A stretch of DNA of 63,866 bases, counting the filler, from Octopus bimaculoides (Eukaryota): the NCBI RefSeq assembly GCF_001194135.2. It is 6 parts of 5 records of this genome, joined end to end, with 100 filler letters (N's around TTAATTAATTAA, not from the genome) between each part and the next. Parts side by side here need not be neighbours in the genome. Positions count along the whole stretch, not along the records: positions 19,665 to 29,361 come from NC_068991.1; positions 29,462 to 46,463 come from NC_068992.1; 4 more parts are not named here. One strand, written 5' to 3'. The first letter of the stretch is position 1; each line of letters opens with the position of its first letter. Made by a program: the position numbers and the translations under genes. The notes beneath the pieces were generated by a model that was given only the letters and a program-made list of their open reading frames with translations, did no database searches and was not told where the DNA came from. Shown in pieces: positions 26,778 through 38,692 of this stretch.

Positions 26778-27509
26778 NNNNNNNNNNNNNNNNNNNNNNN
26801 NNNNNNNNNNNNNNNNNNNNNNNNNNNNNNNNNNNNNNNNNNNNNNNNNNNNNNNNNNNNNNNNNNNNNNNNNNNNNNNNNNNNNNNNNNNNNNNNNNNN
26901 NNNNNNNNNNNNNNNNNNNNNNNNNNNNNNNNNNNNNNNNNNNNNNNNNNNNNNNNNNNNNCTTTGAGTCTGTGTTGTCCTCCTACCACTGCTTAACAGC
27001 CGGTGCTTGCGTGTCTACGTACCCGTAACATAGTGGTTCAGCAAAAGTAACCGATAGAATAAATACCTGGCTTCACAATTCTTCAAGATAGTGCCCCTGC
27101 ATGGCCGCAGTTTAATTCTTGTTATGCAATTCCTAATAATGTTTAATTCTACAAATATAAGATTTTTTAAAAAAACATGGAATGGCTATGTGGGTCCATC
27201 CCAGTAAAATAGGGATCAAAAATGTCCATAGGCAAGAAATGGATGAGAACCAGCGAAGGGGCTTGTGGTTTGTTGGTGTTGCTGTTGCTGTTGTCAATGG
27301 ATACGTATGTGTATTTGGTTGTGTGAGTGTAGTGTGAGGAGAGAGAAGAGAGAAATTTGGTATGTGTTGTGGAGAAGGTTCCTGGAGTTAAAAGATGGGG
27401 AGTTTGGAAGAGGAGAGGTAAGAGGTAGGGGTGAAAGATGAAGAAGAAGGTAAAGGAATGGATTGAAGTCTTAGAAGATCGTTATGACTACGTGACTGTG
27501 TGTGTGTGT

Positions 27510-27561
<52 letters not shown>

Positions 27562-27960
27562 GAGATAAATGTGGGCTCATGCAGGAGTATAAAGTTAAGA
27601 GACTCAATATGACTGTTTATATGTGTGCTTGTATGCGTGAGTGAATGTGTGTGTGAGTGTGCGTGTGAGGGAGTGTGTGTGTATGAAAGAGAGAAAGAGT
27701 GTGTACATTTGTGAGAGAAAGTGTGTGTGTATATTTGTGAGAGAAAGTGTGTGTGTATGTGTGTGTGTATGTGTGTGACGGGATAGATGGAAGTGGATGA
27801 AAAAGGAGGGGAGAAAGAAGGTGAGGAGGAATATGGAAGACGCTAGACGTGGGGTGGGGGTTTATGTCGATGAAAGTACATAAATCTATGTTGTGTGTGT
27901 TTTTGTGCGCGTGTGTCATGCATTTTTGTGATATAAGGAGTGCGTGTTTGTATGTGTGTG

Positions 27961-28005
<45 letters not shown>

Positions 28006-29804
28006 AAGAATGAGAGAGAAAGTGAGAGTGTATGCATGATGATAGTGNNNNNNNNNNNNNNNNNNNNNNNNNNNNNNNNNNNNNNNNNNNNNNNNNNNNN
28101 NNNNNNNNNNNNNNNNNNNNNNNNNNNNNNNNNNNNNNNNNNNNNNNNNNNNNNNNNNNNNNNNNNNNNNNNNNNNNNNNNNNNNNNNNNNNNNNNNNNN
28201 NNNNNNNNNNNNNNNNNNNNNNNNNNNNNNNNNNNNNNNNNNNNNNNNNNNNNNNNNNNNNNNNNNNNNNNNNNNNNNNNNNNNNNNNNNNNNNNNNNNN
28301 NNNNNNNNNNNNNNNNNNNNNNNNNNNNNNNNNNNNNNNNNNNNNNNNNNNNNNNNNNNNNNNNNNNNNNNNNNNNNNNNNNNNNNNNNNNNNNNNNNNN
28401 NNNNNNNNNNNNNNNNNNNNNNNNNNNNNNNNNNNNNNNNNNNNNNNNNNNNNNNNNNNNNNNNNNNNNNNNNNNNNNNNNNNNNNNNNNNNNNNNNNNN
28501 NNNNNNNNNNNNNNNNNNNNNNNNNNNNNNNNNNNNNNNNNNNNNNNNNNNNNNNNNNNNNNNNNNNNNNNNNNNNNNNNNNNNNNNNNNNNNNNNNNNN
28601 NNNNNNNNNNNNNNNNNNNNNNNNNNNNNNNNNNNNNNNNNNNNNNNNNNNNNNNNNNNNNNNNNNNNNNNNNNNATATATATATATATATATATATATA
28701 TATACTTATATATATACGCAAGATAGGTGTAAACAACAAGCATGCAGATAAATATGCACGTGTTTGTATCTATGTATGTGTGAATCAAACATACCGCTGA
28801 CCTGCACGCGCGCACATGCACACACACTTGCACATACAACATACACGCATACACATACACAATTCGTACATCAATGTGCGCTTGCGTGTATGCAAACGTT
28901 TACATCCATATGATGTACATCCAGCATGCGTATATATATGTGAGAGTGTGTATGAGTGCTTTTACGTATATGTGTGCGTATATGTGTGTGTATGTGTATG
29001 TATGTTTTATAGAAAGGACAGATGGATGTTATATTTTTTCGACTCTCGGACCCTGGGGCGGGGAAGAAGAACTAGGGGAGTGGTAGATAAAGTGGGGGTA
29101 GGGAAGAGTGTATGTAAAAGGTAGTAGTAAGAGATTGATTAAAGTCAAAGCGAGCAGGGGTGTGGCAGGTGGAGGTGGACGGCTGGTGGCCCAAATATAG
29201 CATTTGGTCAACATTGAAATGTAGGGGGGAGCCACTATGTTTTACAGCTGGCCCCCTTCTGTAGAGTAGAAATGAAAGTGGTGTGGGGTTGATGGTCTTC
29301 GAGTACAGATGGAGGCTACAGATGGAATCGATTCAGGACAGAGAGAGGGAGAGTGAGAGAGNNNNNNNNNNNNNNNNNNNNNNNNNNNNNNNNNNNNNNN
29401 NNNNNTTAATTAATTAANNNNNNNNNNNNNNNNNNNNNNNNNNNNNNNNNNNNNNNNNNNNATTGAACCCGGGACCATGTGGCCAGCAAGCAAATTTCTT
29501 AACACATAGCCCCTACAATAGTGACAACATGAATTACTTCCATCTTCATATTCCCTTAAAATTTTCAAGAAAAATTATATTATTAACGTGTCCTACTTGT
29601 TAACAAATTCTATATGCTGTGCGTTTAAATTGATGTAATGATTGCATTGTTCAATTAAATGGAGCCGCCTGAAACGGTCGTACTGTATTACTAAATTACT
29701 AATAGATATCCTGTTGATTATTTTGATGATATATATATATACCAATTTTAAACAGACTCAAGTGTAACAGGCCGAAAATGCAATATTTGTTTATTGTTGA
29801 AAGC

Positions 29805-30128
29805 TAGTACTTATTCTGTCGATTACTTTTGCCGAACCGCTATGTAATAAACACCCGCACCGGCTGTCAAGCGCTGGAAGGTACGCATATAGACACAAAG
29901 TCACACACACGTATATACATACGACGGGTATCTTTCAATTTTCGTTTACCAAATCTACTTATAATCCTTTGGGTGGCACGAGGATATAGCTGAAGACGCC
30001 CAAGTTGCCAGGTAGTGCGATTGAACCCAGGACAATGTGGTTTTGAAGCAAGCTTATCACTATCTTGCCACGGCTACATACATATATAAAATAAATGCAC
30101 ATACACACGCACGCATATATATACACGT

Positions 30129-30172
<44 letters not shown>

Positions 30173-30915
30173 GTTAAAAAAGTAGACTGAAAGATTTGGT
30201 ATAGGTGCAGGAGTGGCTGTGTCGTAAGAAGCTTGCTTCCCCACCACATTATTCTGGGTTCAGTCCCACTGCGTAGTTCCTTGGGCAAGTGTCTTCTACT
30301 ATAGCCTCAGGCCGACCAAAGCCTAGCGAGCAGATTTGATCGAGGATCGATTTCTTCGACTGAAATCTTTCAAGGCTACAGCATGGCCGCAGTCCAATTG
30401 AGTGAAACAAGTAAAGAAACAAAAGAATATATTTTTATTTCCATGGTACATATGTTTCATTACTGTAAAAGAAGCCCATTATAAATATTCTTTTCTACTC
30501 TAGGCACAAGGTAAGAAATTTTGGGGGAGGGGCCAATCGATCAGATCAACCCCAGGATGCAACTGGTACTTAATTTATCGACCCCGAAAGTTTGAAAGGC
30601 AAAGTCGACCTCAGCAGAATTTGAATTCAGAACGTAAAAACAGAGACGAAATACCGCTAAGCATTTCGCCCGGAATGCCAACGTTTCTACCAGTTCGCCG
30701 CCTTGTAATATATTACATTAATAATGGTTTCAAATTTTGGCATAAGGCCAGAGTTGAGGGCGAATTCAGTAACATCGACCCCCAGTACATGACTGGCATT
30801 TATTTAATCGACCGCAAGTCAGTCACAGCGGAATTTGAACTGAAAATACATAGACGGATGAATAGCCGTTAAGTAGTTCGTTGGGCGTGCTTACGATTCT
30901 GTAGTTCCCCGCCTT
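29805..30915. mobile_element. SINE cluster: family B (-) 29805-30078, family B (+) 30204-30426, two family A (-) copies 30487-30915
   Basis: Matches to the family A and B consensus motifs. Confidence 0.8.
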
Positions 30916-31474
30916 AATAATAATATAATAAACATAATATATTCATAATAGTTATATACATGTAGAGAACATGTTCAGGAACTCCTAAGAGGAACTCCTC
31001 AGATAAAGATTAAAAAATAATATTGATATTTATATTTTTAATGCATTTCATATATTCTGTAATGAAACACGAATAACTTGGAATTTAAAATGTACTGAAA
31101 TTTTCAGTCTGTGCTTCGATATATACTTTACTCTGAAAATATTATGATTCACCAGGACTTTCAAATAGTACGTATCGTTTTCTCATTTAAAATAAAGCAT
31201 CTGCATACATACATTTATACATATATTACTGGAATGCACAGATGTACTTCACGGGGGCATGTCTACGATTATATCCCGTTCTATGCTTTCTCTCTCTACT
31301 TCCCTCAGTGTGTGTAAGCACACACACGCACCCACACATAGATATGATATTATAATAAAAACCACAAGTCTTGTGAAATATTGCTACCCAGGGTTTCCTG
31401 GTCGAAATATTACTTTATGTCATCGTTTTTCACGCTGATGAAGTGCTCACGAATTGTTGAAGCCTTATCACACA

Positions 31475-31516
<42 letters not shown>

Positions 31517-33270
31517 NNNNNNNNNNNNNNNNNNNNNNNNNNNNNNNNNNNNNNNNNNNNNNNNNNNNNNNNNNNNNNNNNNNNNNNNNNNNNNNNNNNN
31601 NNNNNNNNNNNNNNNNNNNNNNNNNNNNNNNNNNNNNNNNNNNNNNNNNNNNNNNNNNNNNNNNNNNNNNNNNNNNNNNNNNNNNNNNNNNNNNNNNNNN
31701 NNNNNNNNNNNNNNNNNNNNNNNNNNNNNNNNNNNNNNNNNNNNNNNNNNNNNNNNNNNNNNNNNNNNNNNNNNNNNNNNNNNNNNNNNNNNNNNNNNNN
31801 NNNNNNNNNNNNNNNNNNNNNNNNNNNNNNNNNNNNNNNNNNNNNNNNNNNNNNNNNNNNNNNNNNNNNNNNNNNNNNNNNNNNNNNNNNNNNNNNNNNN
31901 NNNNNNNNNNNNNNNNNNNNNNNNNNNNNNNNNNNNNNNNNNNNNNNNNNNNNNNNNNNNNNNNNNNNNNNNNNNNNNNNNNNNNNNNNNNNNNNNNNNN
32001 NNNNNNNNNNNNNNNNNNNNNNNNNNNNNNNNNNNNNNNNNNNNNNNNNNNNNNNNNNNNNNNNNNNNNNNNNNNNNNNNNNNNNNNNNNNNNNNNNNNN
32101 NNNNNNNNNNNNNNNNNNNNNNNNNNNNNNNNNNNNNNNNNNNNNNNNNNNNNNNNNNNNNNNNNNNNNNNNNNNNNNNNNNNNNNNNNNNNNNNNNNNN
32201 NNNNNNNNNNNNNNNNNNNNNNNNNNNNNNNNNNNNNNNNNNNNNNNNNNNNNNNNNNNNNNNNNNNNNNNNNNNNNNNNNNNNNNNNNNNNNNNNNNNN
32301 NNNNNNTAAGTATCAGTTGCGTACTGGGATCGATTTAATCGACTGACACCTCTACCAAAATTTTGGGCCTTGTGCCTGGAGTAGAAATGAATTTTTCACG
32401 CAATTAATAGAGAACTTATTGGTTTTTTTCTGAAAATTTCATGCAAAAGATCTGAACGCGTAACCTGTGTTGTGTCTGTATCAAAAGAGAGTCAAACATC
32501 TGCTAATCATTAAAAAATGATAGAGATTGGAATACGATGATTACCTAATGCACTTTATATATATAAAATTCGTAAACTTTATTCACAATTCTATAGATTT
32601 AATTCACAGCACTCTCCCTCTTTCTCTCTCACTCTTCACCTTACCCACGTTTTCTCTCAGCTTTTTCTTTCGCCCTTCGCCTTTGCCTTCAACTAATCAC
32701 ATGGAAGCATTACAGATGGGCTAAGTAACGAAGTAAAAAACTTAATTTTAAAATAATTACACATTTCACACACCACCACCTCTCCTTTCCCCTATATCCA
32801 TTCTCCGCTTCCCGTCTCTTACCATCCCACTTACCCCTGCTACCCCTTCAACTAATCACGTGGAAGCGTTACTGACAGGCTAAATAACGGAGGGAGAAGC
32901 AGGATTATTATAAGATTGTATACAACCTAGATATTGTCGATTTGTCATATAATTACATAATAGGTTTTAGTATAAACTGCCGGCACATTCCAGCGTTCGT
33001 ACTCCACATGTGACTGACATTATTCTTCGATGTTTAGGATTCTACAATAAGATCATTTCAGTTCCAACACATGATCTCAGATGAAAACATTTTACCAAAG
33101 AATATTCCAAAATATGTATTTATAGTATTCCACTATAACAAACGCAATGCTGTGACTAATATATACATACATACATGCATACATACATATATACATATAC
33201 ATACACATATATATAAATATATATTTACATATACATATATAAATATATATATATATGTATGTATACATAC

Positions 33271-33387
<117 letters not shown>

Positions 33388-33614
33388 ACAATATATATAT
33401 GTATAAACATACATACATACATATATGTATATATGTGTGCATGTACACCCACGCATACCTAAGATATAAATGTATAATTTTTTGTACGCATTTATGCCCT
33501 TACATACAAGTCACATATGTATATTGTATGTTATTCAAATACCCAAATTCAGACATGCGTGCATAAATATACATATAGACGTACGTATAACGTGTGTACG
33601 TGCGTCTGTGTGTG

Positions 33615-33667
<53 letters not shown>

Positions 33668-33715
33668 GTCAGCCTGTCTGTCTGTCTGTCTATATGTATA
33701 TATGTGTGTGTATAT

Positions 33716-33761
<46 letters not shown>

Positions 33762-33938
33762 TCTATAATTATTAACCTAATTATCATTAGGGGTTCAGCT
33801 AATTGCTTCACCACATACCGAATTTAGAAATAAGATTTTAAAATTCCTTTTCTACTACTGTAAGAATGTCCCAAACAGTAACACACTTTTTTTACGTAGG
33901 CAAAGAGAAAAATAATGAATCCACACGACTCCGATTAG

Positions 33939-33992
33939 CCACAGACGCGTTTCAAGATTAAAGTGTTTAAATTACTTCTTTCTTCAGTGTAG
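33939..33992 (-). ncRNA. Minimal type-I hammerhead ribozyme with intact core
   Basis: The minus strand reads CTACA CTGAAGA AAGA...TCTT GAAA CGCG TC TGTGG. Stem I is 5 bp, the core is CUGAAGA, stem II is 4 bp, stem III is the palindrome CGCG and the cleavage triplet is GUC. Confidence 0.8.
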
Positions 33993-34038
33993 CATTTCCA
34001 TTAAAAAACTTGAAATTTCAAATTTTATAATGTAAATG

Positions 34039-34097
34039 CTACAGTGATGACGGGAATTAAGTAAATTAAATACTTTAATCTCGAAACGCGTCTCTGG
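34039..34097 (+). ncRNA. Hammerhead motif, mutated copy (C3->G core, one stem I mismatch)
   Basis: CTACA GTGATGA C GGGA...TCTC GAAA CGCG TC TCTGG. Confidence 0.6.
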
Positions 34098-34795
34098 CTA
34101 ATCGGAGTCGTGTTGACTCATTATTTTTCACTTTGCCTACGTAAAAAAATGTGTTACTGTCTGTGATATTCTTACGGTGGTAGAAAAGGAATTTTTAACT
34201 CCTATTTCTAAATTCGGTATGTGGTGAAGCAATTAGCTGACCCCTAATTATAATTAGGTTAATAATTATAGAATATTTGTATAATTTTACCTGTAAAGGT
34301 TATTTTAACGTACCGATCTTCTTGGTAAAAGTATTAATTGATTGATTGATTAATTACTTAACTTAATTTTATCCTTCTATTACTCATTTTAAAATATATA
34401 TATATATATAATTTCTTTTTTCAGAATGGGATAAAAAACCAAGGCTGTGAAGATTTTAGAACAATTATAAATAGAAGGTCATACAGCTATACAAATACAT
34501 TTATAAATAGCTATACAAATACATTCCCTACTTGTAGGTCACTTTAAATAAAACCCTTGATTCAATAGCACTGTGTACAAACTCTATACTTGGAATGACT
34601 AATTTTAAATACAATTAAATGCTATTCGAATTTACTTACAAGGTATTGGAATTTTATATGTATACCATTCTGCCTAAATAATGGATCTACAAATGCAATA
34701 TCCTTGCATGTCTCACATCTATTTTCATTCCTTCACTTCACTCTCTATTTCGTATCTTATCAAAATTATCTATTGCTCAACCATTTTCCCACACC

Positions 34796-34843
34796 GTCTC
34801 CGATGAAGGGATATAATAAATATCCTGGAAACAGATGTAAGAT
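34796..34843 (+). ncRNA. Degenerate minimal hammerhead motif
   Basis: GTCT CCGATGA AGGGATAT..ATATCCTG GAAA CAGATG TA AGAT. The core has U4->C, stem III is a near-palindrome (CAGCTG with 1 change) and the cleavage triplet is GUA. Confidence 0.6.
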
Positions 34844-35489
34844 CTATTTATAAATGTTCTAAAATCTTCACACCCTTGGTTTTTTTTTNNNNNNNNNNNN
34901 NNNNNNNNNNNNNNNNNNNNNNNNNNNNNNNNNNNNNNNNNNNNNNNNNNNNNNNNNNNNNNNNNNNNNNNNNNNNNNNNNNNNNNNNNNNNNNNNNNNN
35001 NNNNNNNNNNNNNNNNNNNNNNNNNNNNNNNNNNNNNNNNNNNNNNNNNNNNNNNNNNNNNNNNNNNNNNNNNNNNNNNNNNNNNNNNNNNNNNNNNNNN
35101 NNNNNNNNNNNNNNNNNNNNNNNNNNNNNNNNNNNNNNNNNNNNNNNNNNNNNNNNNNNNNNNNNNNNNNNNNNNNNNNNNNNNNNNNNNNNNNNNNNNN
35201 NNNNNNNNNNNNNNNNNNNNNNNNNNNNNNNNNNNNNNNNNNNNNNNNNNNNNNNNNNNNNNNNNNNNNNNNNNNNNNNNNNNNNNNNNNNNNNNNNNNN
35301 NNNNNNNNNNNNNNNNNNNNNNNNNNNNNNNNNNNNNNNNNNNNNNNNNNNNNNNNNNNNNNNNNNNNNNNNNNNNNNNNNNNNNNNNNNNNNNNNNNNN
35401 NNNNNNNNNNNNNNNNNNNNNNNNNNNNNNNNNNNNNNNNNNNNNNNNNNNNNNNNNNNNNNNNNNNNNNNNNNNNNNNNNNNATAGTT

Positions 35490-36660
35490 TCCTTGCGAAA
35501 ATAGCGCATAATGGGAAAATACTCCGAAAATATTGTATCCCTGAAAGGGAAGAAACTAACGTTTTGATTATCATTAATGTCTTCTATATTTTTTAAAAAG
35601 CCTCACGACCTGGGAAAAATTCTTAGTGACTTTAACTGTTAATGCCATTACAAAAATTTTTGTTGGCATATTTAAGAAATATTTCTAAGTGAAAATGACT
35701 TAAAATATACAAATTGTTTATTCAGCTTTCTTTAAAACAGACAATATTTTAATTATCCGGAATAGGTAAACTCCAAGGTCTCCAACATCCCTCCACCTTT
35801 TTCTTTTCCGGAAGAAGGTGACTTGCAGCACGTTTAGAGGTGAGATACGTTGAATGCACTCGAAAAAAACCTATGGAAAAAGTTATTTCACACTGAAATA
35901 CGAACGGGTCCTTTACGAGATATTTACCTAAGATCGGGACAGGCATGCGAACAGAAGGATTGATGAGACTGATTAAGCAAGGGATGAGCGTCTGTCGGAA
36001 CAGAAAGAAGGAGACAAAAGCAGGTGGCATCATGAATAAGATGCTCATGTGAATATAAACGGAATGAAACAAGTTTCGCGTAAATCGGACAACGGGTTAC
36101 CGAGATACGTGTTTCTTTCGGATACCTTTATAAATAACTAATCCGGGGTAAAATGGGAAAAATGTCTTGAAAGTAAGGTACCAATGAAATGTGAATACAA
36201 ACGGAATAACACAAGTTTTGCGTAACTCGGACCATGGATTCACCGAAATGCGTGTTTTTTTTTTAGGGTGCCTTAAACTACTGGTGACCCAACGGGTCAC
36301 AGGTAGTCTAATATACTATTAAAACTCTCTGATTGCTTGCTTGCTTGTCTGTCATTTAATACAGCCAAACCGGCGCATAATGGGAAAATACTATAAATTA
36401 CGTTATCTCTAAAATGTGAATACAAACGGAATAAAACAAGTTTCGCGTAAATCGGACCACAGATTTCCAAGATACAGGGTTTTTTAGAGGTACCTCAGAA
36501 ATACCCAAAACAGTGCTTAATGGGGAAATACTCCGAAAGTAACATAACCCTGGAAGAGAGGAAACTCTAACTTTTTGATTAGAGAGACACATTATAATTA
36601 ATGCCTTCTTTATTTTGTTGACAAACTTAACGACCTGGGCAAAAGTCTTAGTGACCTTAA
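35490..36660 (+). mobile_element. Helitron-like elements in head-to-tail tandem with internal subrepeats
   Basis: A 3' hairpin GTGACCC-AAC-GGGTCAC (36284-36300) is followed by AGGTAG|T, resembling the CTAG end. It is immediately followed by a 5'-type end, CTAATATACTATTAAAA plus a (TTGC/CTGT) microsatellite. The subrepeat TGTGAATA(C/T)AAACGGAAT..AACAAGTTT(C/T)GCGTAA occurs 3 times, and 35490-35640 recurs at 36500-36660. Confidence 0.55.
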
Positions 36661-36744
36661 TTTTCCAACGAAAAAATACGAGATTTTTTTTGTATTAAGT
36701 GTCTATATTTTCGCTTTTGTTAAACAATATTTTAATCATTTAAC

Positions 36745-36949
36745 GACGGCGAGCTGGCAGAAACGTTAACACGCCGGGCGAAATGCTTAGCTGTATTTCG
36801 TTTGTCTTTACGTTCTGAGTTCAAATTCCGCCGTGGTCGACCTTGCCTTTCATCCTCTCGGAGACGATAAATTAGATACCAGTTGCGTCCTGGGTCAAGC
36901 TAACCGACTAGCCCCCTCCACCAAAATTTTGTGCCTTGTGCCTAGAGTA
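36745..36949 (+). mobile_element. SINE family A
   Basis: GACGGCGAGCTGGCAGAAACGTTAAC...GAGTTCAAATTCCGCCGTGGTCGACCTTGCCTTTCATCC. Confidence 0.9.
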
Positions 36950-37328
36950 CGCTCTTCCACAGGAAGGAACACAGAAAGAAACAAGGAGAGAAAATAAAGA
37001 ATGTGTAGTGGCTAGCGATCTATGCGAAACAAGGTGGAAATAATAGTAATCGAATACCAGAGGGAGAGTAATATGCTTCATTAAAAAGCAGCAAAAATAT
37101 CACGAAAACTGTTACTCAGAGTAAACATTGGTGCTTTGTTGTACCACTACTTTATATTTATATTTCTACCTTTACGGTGCTTTATTTGACTGGAAGGCAA
37201 TACATTTGTATTGCAATATCTTATTTTTCATTGAAAATTTCTTCACTGTTTTTTGTTCTGTTAACTGCTAAGCGTTCAGGTGAGTATACTGTCATTGATG
37301 TGGCAACATTTGAAATATTGTCCAGGTA

Positions 37329-37403
37329 AATCCAGCTGAAGAAGACTAATCAAATTTACAATAACAAACGTATTTGAAAAGATCGAAACCTAGGTATTAG
37401 ATT
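37329..37403 (+). ncRNA. Minimal type-I hammerhead motif with a long stem II loop
   Basis: AATCCAG CTGAAGA (37336-37342) AGAC...GATC GAAA (37385-37388) CCTAGG TA TTAGATT. Stem III is palindromic, the triplet is GUA, and stem I pairs at 6 of 7 positions. Stem II is weak. Confidence 0.65.
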
Positions 37404-38149
37404 ATCCGATTCTGGGTTGTCCATTTATATAATGTTCTTCCTCACACGTCTTTGCCAGTATATACACAGTGAAGCTTTACTATAGCACCCTGAAACACTT
37501 TAGTGACGATTGTACTTGTGCCTTTTGGTTTTGAACTGCGATTAGCCACCTTAATATAACTTAATTTATAAACTCAGAACCACACATCAACACCTGCACC
37601 TATCGATGTGTGGTTCTGAGTTTAGACCCACTGCGTGGCACATTAGGCAAGTATCTTCTACGATATCCTCGGACTGACTAAAGCTTTGTGAGTGGATTTG
37701 GGAGATGGAAAGTAAAAAAGAGTCCTCATATACATAAATAATAAAGTAAAGCAGGAAAATTTACATTAAAAAATCGCATAAGATATACGTCCATAATATG
37801 AATAATATTGCATTAATAGATAAAAATACAAAGTATTTTGAGATATCTTACGATCTCGTAAGACATCTCAACACTTTTTAAATAATCATACTTCATATAT
37901 TTATCTATTAATAAAATATTATTTATATTATGAACGTCTATCTTCTGTGATTTTTTTGATGAAATTTTCCTGCTTTTACTCTCTAATACATAGTTGCTCT
38001 ATTTGAATCTCTAAATATCTTTTAAGGTTTTAGACATTTCTCATACCAAGAGTACTTATCTGAAATCCAGTACACTTTATTCTCAAAGGATATATTTGAA
38101 TAACTATATATTCCTCGTCACTGGAATTTATGTTTATTCTCAAACTCTC

Positions 38150-38423
38150 TTTCATGGGCTGAAGAGATGATATTCCAGTGACGAGGAAGTGGAAACTGTA
38201 GTGAAGAAGTGGCTCAAAGAACAGTCAACAGAATTTTATGGCGCAGCGATACATGCTCTCATTCGAAGGTGGAACATTACTATTGAGAGAAATGGTTACT
38301 ATGTTGAGAAGTAGGGATGTGATCCACAGAAGACCAGTTTCGTTTTGATGTATGATACATGTTTCTGTGTTGGTAATTATAGCTGTCCTAAGCAAAATGG
38401 CATTACTTTTTGACTCACCCTCG
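38150..38423 (+). mobile_element. 3' end of a mariner transposon (transposase C-terminus plus right TIR)
   Basis: SDEEVETVVKKWLKEQSTEFYGAAIHALIRRWNITIERNGYYVEK* matches the mariner transposase C-terminus. It ends TTACTTTTTGACTCACCCTCG|TA. Confidence 0.85.
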
Positions 38424-38692
38424 TAAATAGACATACTTCTTGATGGCTGAAATTTTGATTTAATATAATTTATTTAGAGCTGAGATTCTTCAAAGGTGAT
38501 AGCTAGAACCCACCAGTATTTTTGCACCAATCCGATACATAGTTACCAAAATATTCGTATATAGACACTGAGAGGATTTCAAATCCCACCACCACCCACA
38601 CGTCCTAGTCGTGGATCCTGAGAAACGCCAAAGTAGGGGATCGCTTGGCAAGGGTGAAGTACGGTTGTGTCTACGATGACCCTGAGCCGCTA

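Larger units (their letters stand above)
33759..34275. mobile_element. 517-bp fold-back palindrome (inverted PLE pseudo-LTR-like) with a hammerhead in each arm
   Basis: The arms run from TATTCTATAATTATTAACCTAATTAT to ATAATTAGGTTAATAATTATAGAATA and pair along their whole length with scattered mismatches. The centre TTGAAA|TTTCAA (34015/34016) has no spacer. Confidence 0.9.

Noticed and set aside
31385-31460. CCAGG-GTTT-CCTGG hairpin plus GAAA, and a nearby CTGATGA-GTG/CAC-GAAT
   Set aside because: The core elements are in the wrong order or incomplete, so they do not assemble into one hammerhead.
32686-32889. ~45-bp direct repeat (CCTTCAACTAATCAC(A/G)TGGAAGC.TTAC), period 159 bp
   Set aside because: It is real but has only two copies and no supportable function; it is likely a local duplication.
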